From Microcystis aeruginosa NIES-843 (lineage in GTDB: Bacteria > Cyanobacteriota > Cyanobacteriia > Cyanobacteriales > Microcystaceae): a stretch of DNA of 32,000 nt. The position numbers and the translations under genes are program-made. Location: NCBI RefSeq assembly GCF_000010625.1, contig NC_010296.1:2520001-2552000 (forward strand), given 5' to 3'. Positions 25,643-32,000 of the stretch are shown here, piece after piece. The first letter of the stretch is position 1; every line of letters begins with the position of its first letter. A model generated the notes under the pieces. It saw nothing but the letters and a program-made list of their open reading frames with translations. It did no database searches and was not told where the DNA came from.

Positions 25643-27325
25643 TTAGAAGCGGAAAGTTGTCCGGATGACACCGACCAAAATGGCGTTACCATCGTTGTTA
25701 GCGTTGAAGACCGCATAGGCACCAGGGGTAATCAGGATGTTTTTGGTGACGGGGAACTTATACTGAGCTTCTACCATGTAAGAGGTGCTGCTTTCTTTAT
25801 CGGAACGGGGTACTTGACCCCCACCGATGGACAGGGCTGCACCTTCGGCAAAGAGATCGAGGACAGAAAGATTAAGGTTCCAAGACCAGATACCAGTGTT
25901 ATTGTCTCCGATCGCATCATTAACTCCCGTGGCCGAAGCATCGGCATAGCCACCCCATGCCGCTAGATTTAAGACTCCTGGGATAACTTGGGCGCTCGCT
26001 TGAAGACCGAAACGGTTAGCGGTAGTGCCAACGTTACCGAAGGGACGCTCAGTCAGAGGGCTGCTGATGTTACCGAATAAACCAGAACTAATATCAGCAG
26101 CGGTTTGATAACTGTGAACGTAAACGAAGTTAATATCGGCAAATTTGATGAAGGAGAAACCTACCTGCGCGCCAGCACTGTAGGAACCATTGAACAAACC
26201 GTTTCCTTCGTTAGGATTAGAGGCACCACTGCCAGCCAGATAAGCCCCTGTAACTTGGAAAACATCGCCGACATTGAATCGAACCCCTGCACCTGTGCCA
26301 GAAGGACCGCGGAAGACGATGTTATTGTAGCGTTGACCGCGGGATAAAGCACCCGTGCCGCTATCGGCGAGGAAGGGGTTAGCAGTGATGAAAACGTCAT
26401 CAAGGTTCAGGCCGTTAGCACCAACCCAAACGGTGATGTTACCGAAGGGAGTGCCGATGGGAGCGCGGTAGAACAAGTCATCGATGGTTACATCGTTGTC
26501 ACGACCGTCATCGTATGCCAGACGGGTCATGTTGGTTCTCGTCGGTCCATTTTGGTTGAAAGTGTTGTTAAAGTTACCCGCTTGTAAACGGGTTCTCAAC
26601 AAATCTTTACCAGTGAAGCTGGTTTCAAAGTTGAGTCGTACCCGATTATTAAATACTGTTTGAGTTTCATCTTGATTGCTGCCCTCAGTCACCGTACCGT
26701 TGGTATTTCTAATGGCAGCTTGACCACCCCAGCTATCGGCGATACTGAATATCACCTCACCTCTGAGTTTGGTGGTGGTGGAAAATTGATTGTTTTCCAA
26801 GAAAGCAACGCGCTGTTCAAGGTTATCTACTCTAGCCCCTAAAGCCGCTAGTTCGGTCTCAAATTCTTGAACAAGACGTTTTAATTTATCGATATCTTCT
26901 CTGAGTACACCGACACCATCTTGAATTAAACGTTCCATGACGTTTAAACAAGCGTTTAAACCAGCGGCAAATTCCCAACGAGTGGTGGCGCGATCACCAC
27001 GGAAGGTACGGTCGGGATAACCAACGATACAACCGTAACGTTCCACAAGACTTCTTAATGCCTCGTAGGCCCAAGCGGTGGGAGATACGTCCCGCAGTTG
27101 GTTAACGCTAGTCACCTGGGACATGGAACCCTGATAAACACCCGTATTAATCTGCTGACTATTTTGGGCGCGTTGAATGCGATCGAGTTGTTGTTGCGCT
27201 ACTGGATCAACCTTGAGTTGAGGTGTACCAGGCATAGTTTGAGCCACTGCGCTGCCAGCAGCCGCTACGGAAGCACCTAATACTAAAGGAGTTACCTTTA
27301 CTAAATTCTTGAATAGTTTTGACAT
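25643..27325 (-). CDS. Outer-membrane porin: SLH domain + coiled coil + OprB-type beta-barrel
   Basis: Signal peptide. SLH motif DVSPTAWAYEALRSLVERYGCIVGYPDRTFRGDRATTRWEFAAGL. Heptad segment DIDKLKRLVQEFETELAALGARVDNLEQRVAFLE. G/N/T/F-rich beta-strand region ending ...IRTTFRF. Confidence 0.85.
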   Translation of the reverse strand: MSKLFKNLVKVTPLVLGASVAAAGSAVAQTMPGTPQLKVDPVAQQQLDRIQRAQNSQQINTGVYQGSMSQVTSVNQLRDVSPTAWAYEALRSLVERYGCIVGYPDRTFRGDRATTRWEFAAGLNACLNVMERLIQDGVGVLREDIDKLKRLVQEFETELAALGARVDNLEQRVAFLENNQFSTTTKLRGEVIFSIADSWGGQAAIRNTNGTVTEGSNQDETQTVFNNRVRLNFETSFTGKDLLRTRLQAGNFNNTFNQNGPTRTNMTRLAYDDGRDNDVTIDDLFYRAPIGTPFGNITVWVGANGLNLDDVFITANPFLADSGTGALSRGQRYNNIVFRGPSGTGAGVRFNVGDVFQVTGAYLAGSGASNPNEGNGLFNGSYSAGAQVGFSFIKFADINFVYVHSYQTAADISSGLFGNISSPLTERPFGNVGTTANRFGLQASAQVIPGVLNLAAWGGYADASATGVNDAIGDNNTGIWSWNLNLSVLDLFAEGAALSIGGGQVPRSDKESSTSYMVEAQYKFPVTKNILITPGAYAVFNANNDGNAILVGVIRTTFRF

Positions 27326-27719
27326 GGGTCAATCCTCACACCTTATTCTATGGATTGAATGGACTATGAATACAAACAGACTATATGTTTAGCCTGAATT
27401 ATAATCACATTCTATGCTAATTCCCTCTTGTCTAGGTTAAGTTAATTTTATGATATGACAGAAAAATTTCTGTCTGATCTTATTAAAATTAGGACTTACG
27501 CACTTTACAAATTAACCATAATGTGCATCAATGAAAATCCCTCCTTTCAGACTTGCGGCGATTAACTTCCCAACGATAGCGATCGCTCAAAAGTGATCAA
27601 AAAATCACGTTAAAATAAAATGCCCGAAACCCATACATCACATTTAGTCAATCCTGTCAATGGGCAATTCCTAAAGATTTTGTTAAAATCTCAGCCTTAT
27701 CAGTTATCAGATGTGAGTT

Positions 27720-27814
27720 TTCAGTTCACTGTTTACTGTTCACTGTTCACTGATCAAATCTCCCCACTTCCCCACTTCCCCCCGCAACGCGCACGAAGTG
27801 GTCTCCCCACTTCT
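27720..27814. repeat. Heptamer/octamer arrays (CACTGTT-type, then CCCCACTT-type) with an embedded hairpin
   Basis: TTCAGTT CACTGTT TACTGTT CACTGTT CACTGAT (27720-27754). TCCCCACTTCCCCACTTCCCCCC (27761-27783). GAAGTGG (27796-27802) pairs with CCACTTC (27808-27814). Confidence 0.85.
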
Positions 27815-28012
27815 CCACTTCCTCAACAATAGTTGTGTGAGCTAGGCTCGATCGAGTAAGTTAGAATCGAGGATGATAGATATAGTGCTAGACTTGGGGG
27901 TTAGGATATAGATCGACTCCTTGAGTTAAAAACAGCAGGATTGCTGCTGAAAACTGACGGCGATAGATAAAGACTCGATTCTTGAATTTAAGCACCGAGA
28001 AGGGAGATAAAG

Positions 28013-28828
28013 ATGGTCAATTTTGGGCTGAATTCGGCCAGTATCTTAGGAATTTTTCTGGCAGTGGCCGGAGCGGGATTATACTTCCTGCGCTCGGTGC
28101 GGCCGGAACTTTCCAGGGATCATGATATATTTTTTGCCGCCGTTGGTTTACTGTGCGGTTTAATTCTACTTTTTCAAGGGTGGCGACTGGATCCGATTTT
28201 GCAATTCGGACAATTTTTGCTGACCGGGGCAGCGGTGTTTTTTGCCTTCGAGACGGTAAAATTAAGGGGTTTAACCACGGAACAGGCCCGCCGCGGCACG
28301 TCTTTTGTGGATGAACGTCCTGTGAGTCGGGAATATCGGGCCGAATTGGAACCCCTCGACACCTACGAACCGGAGGAACGTTACGAAGATAATCCCCGTT
28401 TACGCGGTTACGATGATCCCCGCTCTTCCCGCACTTCTAGTTATCAGGACGAGGAACCCCGCAGCACCCGCACCCGTCGGCCGGCCGATCCTAGCAGTCG
28501 CAAAACGGCTAATCGTCGTCCCCGCAATAGTTCCCCCACTAGCGATCGAGATGTTTATGATCAGCGCCGTAGCGGTGATGATTGGGAAGAAACCAGTCCC
28601 CGTCCCCGTCGTCGTCCCGCTAGTGAAGAGACGAGCAGTAAACCGCCCCGCACTAGCCAAAAACGTCGTCCTCGCCCAATAATTGAGGATGATCCGCCAT
28701 TTAAAGGGGAATACGTCGATTATCAACCGATCGATCCTAGGGATGCCGGCGATCGAGAAGATTGGGAGAGACCGGATAATAGTGAACGGGAGTCGAGTAA
28801 TGATAATCCGACTAGGTTTGATTATTAA
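28013..28828 (+). CDS. ycf66: Ycf66-family membrane protein with a long R/P/D/E/S-rich disordered tail
   Basis: The N-terminal ~90 aa (MVNFGLNSASILGIFLAVAGAGLYFLRSVRPELSRDHDIFFAAVGLLCGLILLFQGWRLDPILQF...) match my recollection of Ycf66. The remaining ~180 aa are low-complexity. Confidence 0.7.
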   Translation: MVNFGLNSASILGIFLAVAGAGLYFLRSVRPELSRDHDIFFAAVGLLCGLILLFQGWRLDPILQFGQFLLTGAAVFFAFETVKLRGLTTEQARRGTSFVDERPVSREYRAELEPLDTYEPEERYEDNPRLRGYDDPRSSRTSSYQDEEPRSTRTRRPADPSSRKTANRRPRNSSPTSDRDVYDQRRSGDDWEETSPRPRRRPASEETSSKPPRTSQKRRPRPIIEDDPPFKGEYVDYQPIDPRDAGDREDWERPDNSERESSNDNPTRFDY

Positions 28829-28840
28829 GGAGTAGGTCCG

Positions 28841-29377
28841 ATGACCAAAGCTCCCTTTTTACTGTTTATCTGCTTGTTTTTAGGGGTTATAGGCGGTTGT
28901 AATCTCAATAACCCCGGTTTTTCTACAGGAACCCTAAATAGTCGCTATAATGACGAAAAACCCGCCCTGAGCGGTGATGGTCGTTGGCTTGCTTTGCTGT
29001 CTAATCGTCGCGGTAGTAATCAGATGCTGCTTTATGATTTGCAGACAAAACAATACCAAGCCCTAGGGGGATTATATACGGGTCAAGAAATTACCGATAG
29101 CCCCAGTTTAAGCCAAACGGGGCGTTATCTGGCTTATGTGGTGATTATTGAGGGTCGTCCCGTCATCGCTTTATATGACCGCATTACCGATCGTTCTGAG
29201 TTATTGAGTCAAAATTATCGCGGTTGGTTGCGAAATCCCCGTCTTAGTCCCGATGGTCGTTATCTTGTCTTTGAGTCCGCTCGTCGGGGACAATGGGATG
29301 TGGAGGTTCTTGATCGCGGTCCGAATATCGAGTTAGATATTGCCGATGGCAGTCCCGTTGAAAGTCCCAAACCGTGA
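28841..29377 (+). CDS. Small lipoprotein with three TolB-like (PD40/WD40-like) beta-propeller repeats
   Basis: Lipobox VIGGC. Three repeats: PALSGDGRWLALLSNRRGSNQMLLYD, PSLSQTGRYLAYVVIIEGRPVIALYD, PRLSPDGRYLVFESARRGQWDVEVLD. AAGGAG lies upstream, 12 nt after the ycf66 stop. Confidence 0.7.
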   Translation: MTKAPFLLFICLFLGVIGGCNLNNPGFSTGTLNSRYNDEKPALSGDGRWLALLSNRRGSNQMLLYDLQTKQYQALGGLYTGQEITDSPSLSQTGRYLAYVVIIEGRPVIALYDRITDRSELLSQNYRGWLRNPRLSPDGRYLVFESARRGQWDVEVLDRGPNIELDIADGSPVESPKP

Positions 29378-29381
29378 AACG

Positions 29382-29543
29382 TCATTAGACCTCTTGTAAA
29401 AATCAAAAATTGTTGTTAGGGTCAGGAGTCAGGAGTCGGTCGTCAGGAGAATTAAGAATGAATAATAATCAATTAAATGGTCTATTTAAGGATTTTGTGC
29501 AATTTAATCCTTATTTTTCCCGTTTTTGAACCATCAAAAATTA
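29382..29543 (+). repeat. Dispersed ~160-bp repeat, copy A (internal GTCAGGA-type array)
   Basis: Nearly identical to 30069-30264 outside a variable central heptamer tract. Shared blocks: TCATTAGAyCTCTTGTAAAAATCAAAAATTGTTGTTAGGG and GAGAATTAAGAATGAATAATAATCAA...GGTCTATTTAAGGATTTTGTGCAATTTAATCCTTATTTTTCCCGTTTTTGAACC. Confidence 0.85.
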
Positions 29544-29546
29544 ATT

Positions 29547-30068
29547 ATGCAAGAGGTTTATTTTTTTATTAGTCTTGTTGCTGTAATTAGTTTGTTAACT
29601 GGATGTGCGGGTTATCCCAGTTTATTGTCTTTTCCTTTCGATCGAGGGGGGAGAACTTTAAACAGTGCTGCTAGTGAATTAACTCCCTATCTTGCCTCTC
29701 GCTATCTCGTTTTTGCGTCCGATCGCAATGGTTCCCAAGCTATCTATCTTTTTGATGCCATCGATCGCCGTTTACTGCCTTTACCCGGACTAAATTCTCT
29801 CGATCAGATCGCTTCTAGTCCTTCCATTAGTGAAGATGGTCGTTATATCGTTTTTACTGCTAGTCGTCAGGGAAAAACGGCTATTTATCTGTACGATCGA
29901 CAAACTCAACAGAGAAGGGAAATTGCTCCCGATCTGCTCGCGGAAGTACGCAATCCGATCATCAGTGCCGATGGTTCTAAAGTGGCTTTTGAAGCGGCAA
30001 AAAATGGGCAATGGGATATTATGATTTACGATCTATCCGGACGGGTATTAGTCAATGAAAATCAGTGA
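29547..30068 (+). CDS. Second small TolB-like three-repeat lipoprotein (diverged paralogue)
   Basis: Lipobox LLTGC. Repeats: PYLASRYLVFASDRNGSQAIYLFD, PSISEDGRYIVFTASRQGKTAIYLYD, PIISADGSKVAFEAAKNGQWDIMIYD. The ATG at 29547 is preferred because the track's TTG at 29526 lies inside repeat copy A, and the same TTG context in copy B opens no gene. Confidence 0.7.
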   Translation: MQEVYFFISLVAVISLLTGCAGYPSLLSFPFDRGGRTLNSAASELTPYLASRYLVFASDRNGSQAIYLFDAIDRRLLPLPGLNSLDQIASSPSISEDGRYIVFTASRQGKTAIYLYDRQTQQRREIAPDLLAEVRNPIISADGSKVAFEAAKNGQWDIMIYDLSGRVLVNENQ

Positions 30069-30264
30069 TCATTAGATCTCTTGTAAAAATCAAAAATTGT
30101 TGTTAGGGTTAGGAGTCAGTAGCCAGTAGCCGGTCGTCAGGAGTCAGTAGTCAGTAGCCGGTCGTCAGGAGAATTAAGAATGAATAATAATCAACTGAAT
30201 GGTCTATTTAAGGATTTTGTGCAATTTAATCCTTATTTTTCCCGTTTTTGAACCCTCAAAAATT
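30069..30264 (+). repeat. Dispersed repeat, copy B (196 bp; expanded central array)
   Basis: Same termini as copy A. The central tract is expanded to GTTAGGAGTCAGTAGCCAGTAGCCGGTCGTCAGGAGTCAGTAGTCAGTAGCCGGTCGTCAGGAG. Its last 2 nt overlap the patatin stop codon. Confidence 0.85.
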
Positions 30265-31360
30265 ATCTTAAACCCATAGCTTTTAGTCGATGTTCTAGAA
30301 ATTGTTTTCCCTGTTTTTCCCCGTCAGCAATCAGACGCTGGATATTGGCAGGAGAGCGATCGAGTTTACTTTCGTAGTTGAGACTATTGGCTAATTCCGC
30401 CGACATTTCGATCATAGGAATATGGTAATCTTGATCGGGATCTTCCGGGAAAGATTTAGGAATTTTAAATGGTTCTGTTAAGGCGATCTCGCGCAAGAAT
30501 TCTTCTTTAAAGGCTCCTTTAAGAAATAATTGATTGAGAAAGTCAATCTGATCGAGACCTTGAAATAGGGAAACATTACCTTCTAATTCATTGCGGCGAT
30601 CAGCAATATCATCGGATTGCACGGGGATCTTATCTCTGGAGGTGGGATTAATTTTAATTACCCAAATTTCATCGGGAATATTTTCGACTCCAACAAATTC
30701 ACGGCGAATTAAAGAACGGATGGGGGGATTATCGGAGAATAGTCCATCCCAGTAGGCCATAGTTTCAATGGTGACAGCAGGAAAAATGTTAGGAACACAG
30801 GCAGAAGCTAGGATATGTTCAATTTTAACTGCTTCCTCGCGCGAGTTAAATTTACTTAATTTTCCGGTCAGGACATTACAGGCCCCCATTAATAAAATTG
30901 GTGGTTCTGGTTTAGCTCCCCAAGTGGCTAATTCCGAGAAATCAATATGCGCTCTTAGTAACTGATCAAAGTTGGTAAAGCGACCGCGTAAACCGTAGGT
31001 AGCTAGGGAAAATAAGGTTTTAGTAATTGGAGAGGAAGGACTGAGATTATACTGGGGAATTAATCCTTTGCTGGCTAATTCTAGAGCTTTAATAGCTGAG
31101 TCATTAAATAGCTTTTCTTGGGGAGTTTGAGTGCTATTATCTTCCCAAAAATCAATCATTCTTTTCCAAACGACGCTATCACCTTTTTTGAGAGCATACC
31201 AAGTGAAAAAGGCACAGATAGCACCCCCAGAAGTACCACTGAGACTGACAATATTAAAGTAATCTTGCACTTTATTGTCAAATAATGCTTTTAATGCACC
31301 GGCAGTAAAAGCAGTTTGACTGCCGCCTCCCTGACAAGCGATCGCAATTTTGGCTTTCAT
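30263..31360 (-). CDS. Patatin-like phospholipase
   Basis: Oxyanion loop ACQGGGSQTAFTAG, nucleophile elbow GTSGG (GxSxG), catalytic Asp motif WDGLFSDNPP. Confidence 0.85.
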   Translation of the reverse strand: MKAKIAIACQGGGSQTAFTAGALKALFDNKVQDYFNIVSLSGTSGGAICAFFTWYALKKGDSVVWKRMIDFWEDNSTQTPQEKLFNDSAIKALELASKGLIPQYNLSPSSPITKTLFSLATYGLRGRFTNFDQLLRAHIDFSELATWGAKPEPPILLMGACNVLTGKLSKFNSREEAVKIEHILASACVPNIFPAVTIETMAYWDGLFSDNPPIRSLIRREFVGVENIPDEIWVIKINPTSRDKIPVQSDDIADRRNELEGNVSLFQGLDQIDFLNQLFLKGAFKEEFLREIALTEPFKIPKSFPEDPDQDYHIPMIEMSAELANSLNYESKLDRSPANIQRLIADGEKQGKQFLEHRLKAMGLR

Positions 31361-31396
31361 AAATATCCTTATCTCCTGAATGGCTTCTATCTAAGT

Positions 31397-31522
31397 CCTA
31401 AGTAGGGAGGCACAATTATTTGTAGGATGGGTTAGCGGTAGCGTAAACTATGCGGGCGTTGGGTTTCATGCTTCAACCCAACCTACGTTCATCTTATATT
31501 TAATTCCACCCACCTACTTAGG
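31397..31522. repeat. MITE-like nested-hairpin element
   Basis: The outer inverted repeat is CCTAAGTAGGGAGG (31397-31410) against CCCACCTACTTAGG (31509-31522), 12/14. The inner perfect hairpin is GTTGGGTT (31458-31465) / AACCCAAC (31475-31482). Alternatively, GTAGGATGGGTT (31422-31433) pairs with AACCCAACCTAC (31475-31486). Confidence 0.5.
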
Positions 31523-31721
31523 GCTTTAATTTAAGGTTAATTGAAAACTTAGAATCGGATGCAAAAATATAGAAATTTTTCTGATTTTCAGAGGAGCTGC
31601 TCGGGAGATTTTGCTATCACTTCTAGAAAAGGATAGGATTTCAAGGGAATTGTCTAGGTAATTAGCTGAAGCCATCAGCCTGCGGCTATATCCAAGCGAT
31701 AATAACTAGAAAAATGGAAAA

Positions 31722-31756
31722 ACTGATAACTGATAACTGATAACTGATAACTGATA
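31722..31756. repeat. Heptamer tandem array (ACTGATA)x5, perfect
   Basis: Five identical units ending 2 nt before the glgC stop codon. Confidence 0.95.
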
Positions 31757-31758
31757 GA

Positions 31759-32000
31759 TTAAATCACTGTCCCGTCGGGAATAGTGGCATTTTTGAAAAT
31801 AACCACGATGCCGCTGCGAACATAGAAACCTAAATCTTCGCGATTAGCTTCTTCCACACGATCTTTGTTAACAATTAAAACATTGGAACCAATGCGAGCA
31901 TTTTTGTCGACAATTGCCCGACGAATAGTCGAACCGGAACCGATACCCACGGGAATTTTGGCATTCCCGATCAGACTTTCCCGTTCGGGGAAAGACTCAT
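31759..32000 (-). CDS. glgC: Glucose-1-phosphate adenylyltransferase, C-terminal part (gene continues beyond the window)
   Basis: The frame is open to nt 32000 (...[79 protein letters not shown]), which is the left-handed beta-helix tail of GlgC. The track's start at 31950 is an internal GTG. Confidence 0.8.
   Translation of the reverse strand, partial: ESFPERESLIGNAKIPVGIGSGSTIRRAIVDKNARIGSNVLIVNKDRVEEANREDLGFYVRSGIVVIFKNATIPDGTVI

Noticed and set aside
25592-27280. ORFs 25592-25966(+), 25771-25953(-), 26105-26347(+), 26161-26403(-), 26660-26842(+) and 27098-27280(+).
   Set aside because: All overlap the SLH-OprB porin gene. They are shadow ORFs typical of G/N/T-rich barrel-coding sequence.
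27620-27832. 70-aa ORF (MPETHTSHLVNPVNGQ...).
   Set aside because: Its C-terminal half is a translation of the CACTGTT and CCCCACTT tandem arrays. There is no RBS, so it is a repeat artefact.
28174-28726. ORFs 28174-28362(-), 28400-28726(-) and 28413-28682(+), overlapping ycf66.
   Set aside because: They arise from the GC-rich, Arg/Pro-codon-rich sequence encoding the disordered Ycf66 tail. No independent support exists.
29790-30965. ORFs 29790-30011(-), 29830-30024(+) and 30768-30965(+).
   Set aside because: They are nested in the second TolB-like gene and the patatin gene, as shadow ORFs.

Overview
This is a cyanobacterial chromosome segment. Evidence: HIP1 octamers (GCGATCGC) scattered through the window, heptamer tandem arrays in most intergenic spacers, and cpcE/cpcF, ycf66, an SLH-OprB porin and glgC. 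The repeat style recalls Microcystis, but that is an inference, not a search result.

Left part (nt 1-19450), accessory:
- The 3' end of a gene encoding an NRPS-type condensation domain.
- Mobile-element debris.
- A co-directional PUFA-synthase / heterocyst-glycolipid-type ('secondary lipid') iterative PKS-FAS cluster. In order: KS-AT-ACP | pseudo-KR | KR-DH | CLF-like-AT-like-2x FabA-type DH | PfaD-type enoyl reductase.
- Then an MFS transporter, an FAD amine-oxidase-fold oxidoreductase and a PEP-CTERM secreted protein.
- The block lies between two inverted copies of a ~205-bp MITE. The right copy carries a nested second MITE. Outside the MITEs lie an IS30-like remnant and an IS1634-like transposase remnant.

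The synthase is atypical:
- It has a single ACP and a single competent KS.
- The PfaA-equivalent is split into three ORFs. One split sits at an A9 slippery tract where a -1 shift restores a fusion.
- No thioesterase, terminal reductase or PPTase lies in the window.

Right part (19.5-32 kb), mostly housekeeping:
- ABC-2 transporter pair.
- cpcF, a DUF29 gene and cpcE.
- Pyruvate kinase with a C-terminal PEP-utiliser domain.
- SLH/OprB porin.
- ycf66.
- Two diverged three-blade TolB-like lipoproteins, each followed by a near-identical ~160-196 bp dispersed repeat.
- A patatin-like phospholipase.
- The 3' end of glgC.

No rRNA, tRNA or CRISPR array was seen.
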